From NCBI GenBank assembly GCA_964016885.1, contig OZ024740.1:280984001-281048000 (forward strand): a stretch of 64,000 nt of DNA, given 5' to 3'. The notes under the pieces are model-generated. The model saw only the letters and a list, made by a program, of their open reading frames with translations. It searched no databases and was not told the origin of the DNA. Source of the stretch: Eledone cirrhosa (taxonomy: Eukaryota). The position numbers and the translations under genes are program-made. This document shows, piece after piece, positions 1 to 14,937 of the stretch. Positions within the stretch are counted from its first letter, which is position 1; every line of letters begins with the position of its first letter.

Positions 1-58
1 TTAAATCAACTGGTGTGTCTGTTTTAATTAGTAGTATGACTCTCTGGAACTATAACAA

Positions 59-121
<63 letters not shown>

Positions 122-126
<5 letters not shown>

Positions 127-308
127 AACCAGTAACACCCGACGGCTGAGCTCAAGCCGTTTCGACGGCTAATTCCAGAATTAGCCGTCGAAACGGCTTG
201 AGCTCAGCCGTCGGGGTCTTACTGGTTCCTATTACCCACTCTACTACCCTAAGTATTGAGTACTTTGGTGCGTTATGGTCCACCTGGTTCCTTACCACAT
301 TTCCTTCG

Positions 309-310
<2 letters not shown>
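122..310 (+). mobile_element. Fold-back PLE pLTR-like cassette in (TA)n, containing the 3' half of a hammerhead ribozyme
   Basis: Near-perfect palindrome 122-232 centred at 176-177, then a ~78-bp unique tail; (TA)n on both sides. The right arm reads stem II hairpin, GAAA, stem III (CGGCT..AGCCG), TC. Confidence 0.7.
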
Positions 311-356
<46 letters not shown>

Positions 357-382
357 TAGAGGTTTGACACACGAGTTGTGAT

Positions 383-836
383 ATATTAGTAAAAAGGAAA
401 AGAAAATGCTGACAAATTTTACCCAGTGAAAAATAGTTTAATTAGGAATAAGTATAAATTAGTAATAAGTATTAGTTAGTATTTAATTTTAGTTAAAACT
501 AAAACTGAATACTAACAAATACTTATTACGAATTTATACTTATTCCTAATTAAACTATTTTTCACTGGTTAAAACTAAAACTGAATACTAATTAATACTT
601 ATTACTAATTTATACTTATTCCTAATTAAACTATTTTTCACTGGTTAAATCTAAAACTGAATACTAACTAATACTTATTACTAATTTATACTTATTCCTA
701 ATTAAACTATTTTTCACTCGTTAAAACTAAAACTGAATACTAACTAATACTTACTACTAATTTATACTTATTCCTAATTAAACTATTTTTCACTGGGAAA
801 AATTTGTCACCATTTTCTTTTCCTTTTTACTAATAT
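383..836. repeat. Inverted repeat whose right arm is expanded into four tandem 76-bp units, within (TA)n
   Basis: Units start at 493, 569, 645 and 721. 383-492 is the reverse complement of one unit plus the terminal 797-836. Confidence 0.85.
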
Positions 837-984
837 ATATATATATATATATATATATGACGAAATATCAATGATGGTTGGCAAATCACTGACAAAGGAC
901 TAATTTTATCATATGTAACCCATGTGCAACCACGCAGTATTCTTCTTTCTTCTCATGTTTTTATATATATATATATATATATAT

Positions 985-1033
<49 letters not shown>

Positions 1034-2329
1034 TTCGTGTAAGCGTATGATTTAGAAGAAAGTGGCGGTTGGAATTCAAAAATTGAATTGAATAGTCAGT
1101 TTTCAACGTACTTTTTCTTTTACCACAGTAATAACATGACATATAGACCACCATAACAGAAGAGAAATGAGTATCAGCACGCATTCCACGAGTACTGATA
1201 CCTATTTTACCCGCTAAACAGAAACAAATGTGTGGAGCTCCATTCAGTCATGCGTATGCATAGTTGGAGCAAGTTCGTTGGATGCGGCAGTGGTTGTCAG
1301 CGTGTGAGGTGCTGAACAACCTACGCATTGCCTTTTCATTTCACCCGATACTGCTGCCAAATATCCCGAGTTCCTTTGATTTACACGAGATTACTTGGTA
1401 CTTCTGCGTTGTTAGTATGGATACGATGTAAATAAAGCTTCGCTCATATATGTGTGTGACTTGTTTATGTGGCTAAGTATTGTGCATGTATATATGAAGT
1501 GTGTATATATGTCTGTTTCCGCATTTATTTTGTTGTGCGAACGAATTCGTTATTTCATGTGAATTCGTGTGTTTATGTGCGTGTTACATATTGTATACAT
1601 ATCTTGGGAATGTGCGTATGTATTGCTTATATGTATATATGTGCATTTTTGTCGAATGTTTTGAATGTGTTTGTGTAAGTTCACGATTAGACACATGTGT
1701 TTTCGTTATGAATGCATCAACCTTTGCGCTTGCATATATTTGCTTGTGTGTGCATGCGCTCGTGTGTGTATGTGTGGCTGTTTTCACATATATGTCTATA
1801 TGTTTTATTTTCGAGTGCATTAGTTTGTATTGTGTGTTTACTATTAATGGCTGGAAAAATAATTGTATGTATTGATTAAATAAGAACATTGTATGGTTTT
1901 CAACGTTCTAGCCCTAGAAATATACTGGAAGCTATTTTAGGCAGAAATAATTGTTTTTAAGATTACATTAGTTGAAACATTTTCGTCGTAGACTGGACTG
2001 TTTTCAATAAAATAGATAAAACACACAAACAAAAATATTCACTCTGCATTTCAGTAGAATATACATGAATGGTATATTATTAAAAATGTTTTTGTTTTCA
2101 CAAAAATAACATAGAATTCTTTATCCAGTTTAAAGGTAATTGTTATGACACATTCAGAAATATTTATTTACATGAAAGCTGTATTTCAAACCTTTCGTGC
2201 TCTGTCTTTTAACGTTTTTTTTTTGTTTTTTTTTAGCAATGACTTTAAAAAATCATATGTAAATTGAAGATTTTAACATCATAAACCTTTTAATTACAGA
2301 TGTAAATTTCGAGCTTATCAGATCTTCCC

Positions 2330-2446
2330 TGGAGAAACGTAAAATAAAGTGTCTTGCTCAATGACACGACGTGCTGCCGGAAATCGAACTCAAGACTTTA
2401 CGATTGAGAGCTGAATACACTAACCACCAAGCCACGCGCCTTCACA
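2330..2446 (-). mobile_element. tRNA-derived SINE (5' part)
   Basis: Minus strand has an A box (TGGCTTGGTGG), a B box (GAGTTCGATTTC) and the CORE-like TTGAGCAAGACACTT. Similar head to 44305-44587. Confidence 0.7.
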
Positions 2447-2893
2447 CGGACACAGACACACACACACAAACATACACACACACATAAGTATATGTATATA
2501 TGTATATATATATATACATATATATAGTATGTGGTTTTGACCACACACACCCATATTTATATATATATAGTGACAATAAAAAGGTAGATTTGCAGTATGC
2601 TATGATATGTATGCATGTGTGTGTGTGTGTGTATGTGTGTGTGTGTGTGTGTAAATATATATGTTTGATTGGGAAATTGCAAGTACTATCAATCTATCGA
2701 TTCTCTATTATGAATCTCCTTAAAATTAACTTTAAGCTACATTCACTGAATATTTCGTGTTATAAAATGATTATATACTTGTAGTATGATGCTCATAAAA
2801 AACACAAACTCTTCATTATGAGTTGATTTGTGGTGTCTATTACTACCCCCCCCCCCTTAAATACACCAAGAGGGAGAAGAAGCATTTATAAAA

Positions 2894-3412
2894 TCTATAT
2901 ACATAAATGGCAATTTCTGTCTGTTTGTTTGTCTGTGTGTTTGTGAACCTAAAACTAAAAAAACTACCAAACTGATCTTGATGGAACTTGACACGCGTGT
3001 GGGGCTCATGCCCATTTGTTTTCTTACGTATATTTCATTTTAATTAAAGGGTTCCGCGGGGGCACATAACCCCCGCTGAAAACCCCCGTTGAACATTTTT
3101 CCCTTCGATTTATATGAAATTTAAACCATAGGTAAATGACAAGATATGATGCCTATTCACAAAAGTTTTGAATTGATGTTTTGAAAAATATTATTTACAA
3201 GAAACAAAATAAGAATAAGATTTAATAATGTAATTTTGATTTGATATATTACAAAAAATAATGTTTTCCAATTTTTCATGCATTACATTTTACATTTAGA
3301 AATATTGAAATGCAGTTTTTCTCCATAAATTATATGACCAATTTGAAATCAATCATTATTTTCTTACAAAACAAATGTGTAAAACGCAGCAAGGCGCGGG
3401 TAATTCGGCTAG
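2894..3412 (+). mobile_element. Non-autonomous Helitron
   Basis: 5' TC, a (CTGT/TTGT)n tract near the 5' end, subterminal GC hairpin (CGCAGCAAGGCGCG), 3' CTAG, inserted between A and T. Confidence 0.75.
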
Positions 3413-3973
3413 TATCTCTATAAAGTCGTTGATGAGTACTAATCTCTCTAGAATATCCTACCACTCAATCTCATAAACCTCCACACATATGACAGTTCGA
3501 ATGGACAATTCTTTATAATTCTGAAATACAATAGCATATTTTAACCTTAAACAGTGATACAGGATAATACAATCGGCCTAAATGAGGTTCCTCCGATGGG
3601 TCTTTGGAGTAACATTTCTCGAGAGGGTCCGTAGATCTGAGATCAGCCAGTCGCTTCAGGTGGAGCCACTAATTCTCCTAATTGAAGGATCTTAGCTCTA
3701 GTACTATGGACGTATGGTTAGAATGTCTACTGAAAGAATTGATGGACATCTTTTATGGAAAAATTAAACCGTTGGGAGACACCAAGCTATGGTAAGAAAC
3801 ACTTACCAGAGATGCCATATAGTGGACCTAATGATTGCGAAGCTAACTTCTTAACCATTCGGCCCTGCTCCGCCCACATATGACTACCCCCCACACACAT
3901 ATACACACACACATATATAAGTTTTGTATGTGTGTATGTATATATATGTGTGTGTGTGTGTATGTATGTGTGG

Positions 3974-4077
<104 letters not shown>

Positions 4078-4108
4078 GTGTATCTGGATGTATGTGTATG
4101 TATATATA

Positions 4109-4151
<43 letters not shown>

Positions 4152-4618
4152 ATGTGTATATATGTGTGTGTGTGTGTATGTGTGTATGTATATGTATGTG
4201 TGTGTGTATGTATGTGTGTATATGTATATATATATATATATATATGTATATGTGTATGTATATATTATGTATGTATGTGTGGATGAAGGTATGTGTGTAT
4301 ATATAGGTGTAAGTGCACTAAATCCCTTTCTATCACGCTCCACTCTCCTACCCACCACAGGAAGATATGTGTATGTATATTGCTTCCACCCCCTCACTGA
4401 CCAGCAACTGGCCAGTTGGCCATTGCTAAATCTGACCTTTATAAAATAACCCACACCCCAAATAACTTCTCATTCACTACCAGAAAGGGACACAGCAGTC
4501 AACCTGTTGTTGCTACCTAGATGAAAACTACTATGAAATGCCACAATGAATTTTATACTTGAATTTTCAAATCTCAAATTTTAACTCTTCGTATTATTAA
4601 TTTTTCTTAATATTAATC

Positions 4619-4666
4619 AACATTTGAAAAGATGGCTTTTGCAGACCCATCGAAACCGGTCATTTT
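4619..4666 (+). ncRNA. Decayed minimal type I hammerhead ribozyme
   Basis: AACAT-TTGAAAA (two changes from CTGAAGA)-GATGG..CCATC-GAAA-CCGG-TC-ATTTT, with palindromic stem III ACCGGT. Confidence 0.5.
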
Positions 4667-4765
4667 TTATACCCTTTATTATTTCCTTACCTTATAAAAT
4701 TATATGTTTTTTCACAAAAAAGTATTCTGTCTCTTATATATTCCATGTGCCATTACCAACCTCAA

Positions 4766-4890
<125 letters not shown>

Positions 4891-5056
4891 CATATATATG
4901 TGTGTGTGTATATATATATTCATTATACTCTATTATTTGTTTTCTGTTTTCCGTTTACTTTTTGCACGCACATATATACAAACATATATACATAGGCATG
5001 AATACATATATACACACATATACACATACATATATATATACACACATATACACACG

Positions 5057-6389
<1,333 letters not shown>

Positions 6390-7197
6390 CATACATTTAT
6401 AACGTTTCATGATTTAGACATTCACATTATTAATGACTATGGAGCATAATGTAAGTCATTTCAAATTTCCAGTTGCTTAGTTACTTCTGTTTTATCATAC
6501 ATAAGAATTGTTCAAATCCTTCCTTCAGAATATTTAGCGAGCATTTGTTTCTGACATAGCTATTGTCACTCTTTACTCAGCGTGGCATACTCCTCTGTAA
6601 GCTTCCGTTTTAATTTTAAAAAAATGCAGAGAATAAATTGGTTTTCGAGTTAATAAATGGATTTTTATGATGAAATGTTTTCAACAGTTGATTTTAAATA
6701 AAAAATATCTACTGCAGTGCAAATAAAATGAACAAATATTACAGCTGTTTTTACAATTGTTGTTTCACATTGTTAGATAATTCAAATCATGGCATTTGTG
6801 CATCCAGCCAATGGACAATTTTTCAGGCTATTCTTTATAATTCATACTGGAACATGTCCGCAGTAATGCTGGTATTGTCATTGTTATCATTCATATTGTT
6901 CTGCAACTCAAATCTTTGTAATATCGTGTTTCCAGCAAATGGACAAATTTTAAAACTATTCTTAATAATTTTGACTATTCCATGTTGGTAGTGATGCCAT
7001 AAATTCACAAATATATTCATATATGATGGTGACGAAATCAAAAAGTGATAATGCCTGCGTGAAATATCTGAACAGTACATTTTTAATAGCATCTCGTCTT
7101 CGTTTCACTCGTTTTGACATCCTCACTGCAAGACTTTCAGTAAAAACCAGGAATGTTTTTACTGATTAGTCTGAAAGAAGAATTTGTTTTAGTGGTC

Positions 7198-7250
<53 letters not shown>

Positions 7251-8791
7251 GTGTATTCAATATATTGTTGTGATACATTTAATAGAAGTCATTTCGTTTC
7301 TTTTGATTTATTAACTATATCTCTTTAATTTTCTTTAAAAAGTCTGCATAAATTGGCTTGTTCAAGCATACTGGTAGATGGTAATTCTCTGAGAACACTT
7401 GAGGTGTATATTTATAACCAATATTTTCTGTTGGTTAGCTGCAGATGAGCTTTTTAAAGCAGATATATGATTAAACGTATTCTGCTCATGACTATCATAT
7501 CTTTTTTATATAGAGACACATTATACAATATACCATACTTTAAGATGGTGCCGTCTGCCGTGAGAGATGTGTTGCTATTTCTAACCGATGAAATGACTGC
7601 GTAGAAGTTTATTCATTGGCGCACTTTCTGTCACTATATCGAACTGCTGGTATGAAAGCATGGCCACGCTCGTTTGTCTGACCTAATACGATTAATGTTT
7701 CTAAAGATGTTTATATGCACTCAATATACAAAATCTCACAATTTCATGAAAGGCCATTGACGTTATATAAACATAATTGAGTAATTTTCTTAGCTTTAGA
7801 TTCTTCCGCGCCGTTCGGCGCATCGAGCTGTAAGGACTCGCCAACGGTCACGATCAGCGGCGGCGTTTTTGGCGCCAACTGGTGTCAACTGGCGGCAACT
7901 CCGCCTCCGTTTGCCGCCAGTTGAAGCCCAGTTCATCGCTGTTTTCAAGTGTCGTTCGTCGGGAAGGCGCAGAATATGGCCAACTAGGCGGCACCGCCGC
8001 TCCGCGACCCTCCTCTATAGCGTCCACGACTCTCGGCTCTCCACAGGATTTCGATTTCCTCGTTTCGCACATAGTCGCGCCAGGACACACGATGGACCAT
8101 TCGCAGGCACCGCTGGTGGAAAGTGTTCAGCCGTCTTTCTATCTTTGCAGTATCTAATAAAAATAAAACACACTACCAAAGGGAACAGAAAAGAAAAAAA
8201 AAAAGAAAAGAAAAAGGAGAAAAAGAAGGAAAGATCAAACAGCAAAAGAAAGAGAGGGGAAATTAGCATTGTGGGGACCAAGAATGTCTCGACGGAGACC
8301 GGTCAACAGACGGAGCAGTCCACCAGGACCCGGTATTTTACTATCTTCATATCAGCGTTCAGAATTGTTTCATTAATACTCAAATTTCACGTATTATGCA
8401 GTTACTTATTGTATTCTGTTCATTAGATGTTTAATATTCTCCATTTTCATGCGTAGCTGTTCATTCTGGGATGCGGCAATCAAAAATATTTCGTTTCCAG
8501 CTATTGGGTCATGCACTTCTCAATCAATGCTAACATTTTCCGCATCTGTTTCTCCCGTGTTCGCAAATTTTCTTATATTGTCTATGTAAGGGCCTTTCTT
8601 CCCATGATTGTAGCTTTCATCCTACTTTCAGACTAGTTTTTGAAATTGAAATTATTCTGTTGCTGTTTATTCATCTTATTCACAAAAAGCTGCTACATCT
8701 GGTTTATTTTTGTCCAAAACAAGGTATAGATTTTTGTTTTGCATATTTTGCATACCTCTTCATTTGAGTAGCTATTGTTGTAGTTCTACAA

Positions 8792-8998
8792 TGGCGGTGG
8801 ATTGGCAGTATCGGTAGAGCGTCGAACACCATGCTTTTCTGCATAGAGTTATGGCCCTTTACGTTCTGAGTTCAAATCCTACCGAGGTTAACTTTGCCGT
8901 TCATCCTTACGGGGTCGATAAAATGAAGTACCAGTAATGCACTGGTGGAGTAATTGCTAGCCTTGAGCCAAAAGTAGAAACAATTATTGTAATTCTAC
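8792..8998 (+). mobile_element. tRNA-derived SINE with Deu/Nin-like central domain and (ATT)n tail
   Basis: A box TGGCAGTATCGG, B box GAGTTCAAATCC, central TTCATCCTTACGGGGTCGATAAAATGAAGTACC, ending AGAAACAATTATT. Confidence 0.75.
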
Positions 8999-9019
8999 AA
9001 TAGTTGTTTTTTTTTCAAG

Positions 9020-9315
9020 TGATAGCTCGTGGCTTTGTGATCGGGTATTCGGCTCACGATCATAAGGCCGAGAGTTTGATTCCTTGAGCCAGACACTTTA
9101 TTTCACGTGGGTCCAGTCCACTCAGTTGGCAAAAATGAGTTCTACCTGTAATTCGAAGGTTCAGCCTTGTCACATTCTGTGTCACACTAAATCACCCTGG
9201 GAACTACGTTAAAGGTACGCGTGCTATCGAATACTCAGCCACTTGCACATCAATTTTACGAGCAGGCGTTTCTGTCGATCTTAGGAGTATTCGTTCTAAC
9301 TGACGGAGAACCACT
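9020..9315 (+). mobile_element. Second tRNA-derived SINE family
   Basis: tRNA-like head plus CORE-like TTGAGCCAGACACTTT. A decayed relative lies at ~43400-43680. Confidence 0.55.
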
Positions 9316-9548
9316 ACAATAGTTGTTTTACAAAAGCTTTTTAGTAGTAAAAAACCTATATCTCTATTTAATCATTATAAATATAATCATCGTGTGCTGT
9401 ATTTTTAAAGGTAGTCAATGCTTTTCTTACTTTCCCAGCAGGTCCGACTAATTCACCGAGTTTCTAGTTAAAAATGTTATATTATGTTAAATATCACCCG
9501 CTGACCTCAACAATCTCTGGTGTGTCGTCATAAATGTTTTCTTCGTGG

Positions 9549-9601
9549 TCTTCTTCTTCTTCTTCTTCTTCTTCTTCTTCTTCTTCTTCTTCTTCTTCTA
9601 T

Positions 9602-9650
<49 letters not shown>
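9549..9650. repeat. Compound (TCT)n(TAC)n microsatellite
   Basis: Direct reading of the sequence. Confidence 0.95.
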
Positions 9651-9651
<1 letters not shown>

Positions 9652-9976
9652 TCGGAAGTCTACGGACACATTTCATACATAACTCCATTAAGAATATTCG
9701 ATTAATTTGCTTATACTCCATGCTATTTCTTTTTCATATTTTGCATTTAAAACATTTGTCTGTTAACTAGAATGATAATAAAGCTTCCTACGGGGAGTTG
9801 AGAACATATCACAGTATTGGTAGCACTAATATAAACATAAATGTTTCCAAGCACAAAACATTTAGCCTATTCACAGCATTATGAAATGAAATAAAATGAT
9901 TATATAGGTGTATGAATACAATTTCCATATGTTTACGAGAACTTATTTGTTTTATTTATTTATCTATTTCATTTAT

Positions 9977-10014
<38 letters not shown>

Positions 10015-10084
10015 ATATTATTTTATATATTGTATATTATATTATCCTTATCTCAGCATCCTCTAAATGTCGTTTTGGCCTGTA

Positions 10085-11355
10085 CTATTATGTAATGTCT
10101 GATTTTCTAGAAGAAAGTTTTAGAATGTATTTATTAAATTTGTGTCACTTGTTATCATTTAGAAATGTTACAATGAGTAATTTATAACTTTTCCTTTCAG
10201 ATTATAAAAAATATTGTTCATAATCGTCTGCTATATTCGCACCCATGTCTGTCCTATTTCATGATCACTTTAGACATATTTTAGTCTATGAGTTTCATAA
10301 AGGTGTCGATTCAAGTACAACAGAAAGGTCCATCCAGAGACATTATGGGGATGATGCAGGTAATAAAATAAGTTGCAGGAGGTGGTTTTCCCGTTTCCGA
10401 AGTGAGGATTTCAGTTTGAAAGACCAGCCAAAAGAAGGTCATCCCCCCAAAAATTGATTCCGAAGATTTGGAATCTGTTGTCACCGAAAATCCCACCATT
10501 ACTTCTAGGGATCTTACAGAATAATTTAACATAGCCCATTCAACTGTAGTATGCCAACTGAAAAAGGATTAGAAAAGTTTCAGTGGTTGCAAAATGGGTC
10601 CCACACGAACTGTCTCCAGAGAATCTGTAACAGCATTTGGTTTGTTATGAGTCATTGCTTTCATAACACCTTCAGGCACCAATTTTAGGTCGGCTTGTTA
10701 CAGGCGATGACAAGTGGATCCTTTACCATAACGTTAAACGCCGCCGCTCGTGGATCAGTCGACCAGGAAGACCACTTCTAGAACCGAGAGGAGGACTTCA
10801 TCCGAAAAAAATCCTGTTGAGTGTATGGTGGGATATTGAAGGAATTGTCCATTATGAACTGTTAGACAACAATCAAACAATTACTGCTAATCTCTAATGT
10901 GATGAACTTCGTCGTTTGAAAGCCGCTTTGAACCTAAAGCGACCCTCCTTAGTCAACAGAAAGGGTGTCATCTTCCATCACAATGATGCTCGTTCTCACA
11001 CAGTTCGACCTTTGAAAGATCTCTTGGAAGAGCTTAGTTAAGAAATATTGCTTCATCATCCATATTCTTCTCACCTTGCTCCTTCTGATTATCATTTGTT
11101 TCGGTAACTACAGAAATATTTGGATGGTCTTAGGTTGACATCAAGAGAAGCGGTTGAAAATGATTTGGATTCATATCTTGCATCAAAACCTAAAGAGTTT
11201 TACAAGCGTGGCATTTATAAGCTTGTTGACAGATGGAATGAGTTCCTAGAAAGAAAAGGAGGTTAAATTAATGAATAAATATTTTCATAGTCATGGGCTT
11301 TTTCATTATTAATATAGACCTTGAAATAGGACATTACATTTGCACCAACCTGATA
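10085..11355 (+). mobile_element. Decayed mariner (DD34D) transposon; transposase pseudogene ~10245-11268
   Basis: Motifs FRHILVYEF, RRWFSRFRSEDFSLKD, WVPHELS, VTGDDKW, HPKKILLSVWWD, HHNDARSH, PYSSHLAPSDYHLF, with stops. 3' TIR GACATTACATTTGCACCAACCTGA followed by TA; only ATGTAATGTC remains of the 5' TIR. Confidence 0.9.
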
Positions 11356-13744
11356 TTTATATCTTACCTGAACCATTGTTTCTGATAACGAACAGTAAAA
11401 TGGGTGTATTTTGTCGAGGCTGATATTATGAGTTACATAACTGCTATCGATTAGTTAATATATCGATATTATCATGGTTAATTTCAATCTTTGATACAAT
11501 CGTAAAACAATGGATCAATTAAACACCGACCGTCGTCTTTTTCCTTTCATTGTTTAACATATACATCGGACTCTAGTTCTTTGAACATTCAGCAATATAT
11601 TATAGTATTATTCTATTGAAACAGATTTCAACTTCCTTCGATGAAATAATCATATAAAGGTAGAATATTAATATGTTTCATGTGTTCAGATAATGGGATT
11701 TCAACACAGAATGTATTTTGGATCTATTAATTCTACTTTGGTAGTGTGCGAATGTGAGATATATGTATGTGGTATTTTAACTTCTTTATCCAACCACATT
11801 TTATTTCACTCATCATATATCTGAAAATTTGAGATAGCGGGCATTTGTCGTAAATTTGTCCACTGATCTGATTGACATTAAATTTCATCTATTACTCATA
11901 TTGCTGCTGCTATAGTTTAAAGAATAAATTGAAATCGTATTTATTAAACGCTTTGATTTGGCTTCCAAATCTAATCAAATCTCACCACAATATTTCAAGT
12001 TTCACTGAGGAAAATGACTTCGAAATATTCCAACATTAAATCACTGATCATTCTGATGTATGCGTAATTAACATTTTCTGTTACTTTCGAGATGATAGAT
12101 GTATAAGAACATCTGATAGTCTAACGGATCAAAATATCTAAAGGATGATTCTGTATTGCAATTAAGCAAGTGGTTGTTTCCTTCAATACATAGCATGGAG
12201 TGAGCGTTCAGATCTATTGAACGTAAAGTATTGTATATTGTTGTTTCTTTCCTCCATTATTTACAGAAGGACGTCTCCATATCATTAATAATATCGGTTT
12301 AGCTCGAGAACTATTATGTTTATATTATTGGCGAACTGCAGGCCAAGTTAGGTTTTTGAAGTTATATATATAACATAAATGCAAAGGAAAAAGGAAAGGA
12401 CATAGAGGAGAGAACGATTCAGCGAAATTTAAATGCTTTACATCAGTGAATCTCATTGAAATTGGCAAGGCTTTGCTTGTTAAGCATGACAAACCAACAT
12501 CTAAGGTGCATAAGAACTATTTAATGACGTTGATAAGTTCCCTCCTCAGCAACAGGTAACGTTTGTTTACAGGTAGATATATTGACGAACACTTTCGTAC
12601 ATTAAACCACTGATTCAGGTTGAGGTTAGGCTTTTCCCTACCATTGATATATTTTTGTATTATTCAGACGTCCTTTGTATTAGTTTACTGTCTTAGTTTC
12701 TTAGAAAAGGTTGCGTTTTACTCTATCTTTTATTTCGTGTGCGGTGAGGTAAGAGTGATTAATTATGATTCAAATTAAACCTTATTGTGAACGCTTGAAT
12801 CTAATTAATATTGTTTATCTTATATTGTATTTATGGAAATGATTTTTCTCCCTTCGTCATCTGTATTAATCTCAAATGTAAACTCTAGATTGAAGGTTCA
12901 AATTTAGTTAAAGTTAGGTTTTCTATAGTTCTGATACTTTTTTGTATTAGACATAATTCAGCACCCCGTTTAAAACTATCACCGAATTTTAAGGTGCCTT
13001 TAGCAGAGTTCAGTCCTTTACAGACATTCAAGTAAGGTTTAAAAAAGTCTTCACCTGATAATGACATCATCATTTTACAGCTATTATCATTAATCACTAT
13101 CATTTTCCGCAACGTAGCTTTCCTGAACTAAATTTCAATTTATTGCTGTTTATTTACACAAATATCTTAAATGGTATTCAAATATTTTTAATGATAAAAC
13201 CACATTTTTCAACATTCCCATTAATAGAAATGTTGCAAGTTCAATTTTGTATTTGTTGTTGTTAAATTATAAACTACTACAGTCAAATATACAAGAGCTA
13301 ATAAAAATAGCAATATAAACTAATATAAACGTTCTTTTTTTCCAATTTATAAATTTATTACACGATACTCACTTGTGACATTTAAAACTTTGCACTATTG
13401 ATTTTGCTTTCCGTATTGAATTTAAGCAATCTTTTATTATTTACAGAGTTTGTTAGATTTCTCGAAGATGAATGCTTTCATGCGAGAACTATTATAGGCT
13501 AAAATAATTTATAGAATTAATTGAATGTATGAAATTATTATTCTAAAGTTGTTTAATAAATGTTTACAAATTACTGATTTCTGTAATTGCCACAAAGAAG
13601 AGAACAGTAAATCCAATATACCCGATTCTAACAGTCAACCACCGATACCTACAAATTATTGGTACTCAAATATCCTCATTGCATTATACTTGTCTGTGTA
13701 TCTTGTTCATTAATGTATATACATATAACCCACCCCACACAGTA

Positions 13745-13777
<33 letters not shown>

Positions 13778-13778
13778 A

Positions 13779-14522
13779 CAGGGTGTCCCCAAAAATTTGA
13801 CATCATTTCGCATGCCAATAATTTTAGCAATTCTTGTTGAAATAACCTCAAATTTTCACAGAGTGTATAGAAACAGATCCAGATTTCATATTTAATGTTT
13901 TATATTGTTCGCTTTTCAGGTTGAGAAATGCCGTTCACTTCCACAGAAAAGTCATTTTGCCTCTTGGAATATGCTCGAACACAGTCACCCAAGACTGTGC
14001 AGCATGCCTTCAATGCAAAATTTCGAAAAAAAGTCACCAACTGGCAAACAAATTTGGACCTGGTACCAAATATTTAAAGAGGAAGGCTGCTTATGCAGGG
14101 CTAAAGGATCTGGAAGACCATCATCAACATCAGAAGAGAAGGTCGAGCAAGTTCGTGAAAAACTCTTGCGAAGCCCCAAGAAGTCCGTAAGGAGAACAAG
14201 TTTGGAAACCCAGATTGCTCGAATGACGGTTTGGCGTATCCTTAGGATACTGTTTGCCAGTTGGTGACTTTTTTTCCAAATTTTGCATTGAAGGCATGCT
14301 GCACAGTCTTGGGTGACTGTGTTCGAGCATATTCCAAGAGGCAAAATGACTTTTCTGTGGAAGTGAACGGCATTTCTCAACCTGAAAAGAGAAAAATATA
14401 AAACATTAAATATGAAATCTGGATCTGTTTCTATACATTCTGTGAAAATTTGAGGTTATTTCAACAGGAATTGCCAAAATTATTGGCCTGCAAAATGATG
14501 TCAAATTTTTGGGGACACCCTG
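13779..14522 (+). mobile_element. Fold-back non-autonomous Tc1/mariner-superfamily element with 272-bp inverted arms
   Basis: TA|CAGGGTGTCCC...GGGACACCCTG|TA. Arms 13779-14050 and 14251-14522. Frameshifted N-terminal HTH transposase fragment from ATG 13928 (..FKEEGCLCRAKGSGRP..RSPKKSVRRTSLE..TVWRIL). Confidence 0.9.
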
Positions 14523-14523
14523 T

Positions 14524-14611
<88 letters not shown>

Positions 14612-14702
14612 ATAATAATAAATTTGAAGACTAAAATCCAAACAGGGATAAATAAGGATAAATATATATCAAATATATAAGAACCCTAGAGCAAATATTT
14701 AT

Positions 14703-14937
14703 TAAAATAACAGATTAAAGTTTAAGCAGAGAATCGCTACTTTCACTCCTAACGGGATCTTCTTAAACTAAAAAACGTCCCCTAACGTCTTCACGAACCA
14801 AAGTATCGTCTTCTTGTTTTCCTTGCAACATTTTTCGAAATATTTACATCTGCGTTCACAAATTGATTGTTTTTTTTTAGTTTCAGAAGATCCCGTGAAC
14901 GCAGCGATTCTTTGATTAAATTTTAATCTGTTATTTT

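Noticed and set aside
493-796. CRISPR-like regular repeat
   Set aside because: Contiguous tandem units without spacers, in a eukaryotic context.
7125-7180. Hairpin followed by GAAA before a TA tract
   Set aside because: No CUGANGA core and no stem I/III; at most a relic.
8792-8885. tRNA genes
   Set aside because: The A/B boxes belong to SINE heads; no complete cloverleaf.
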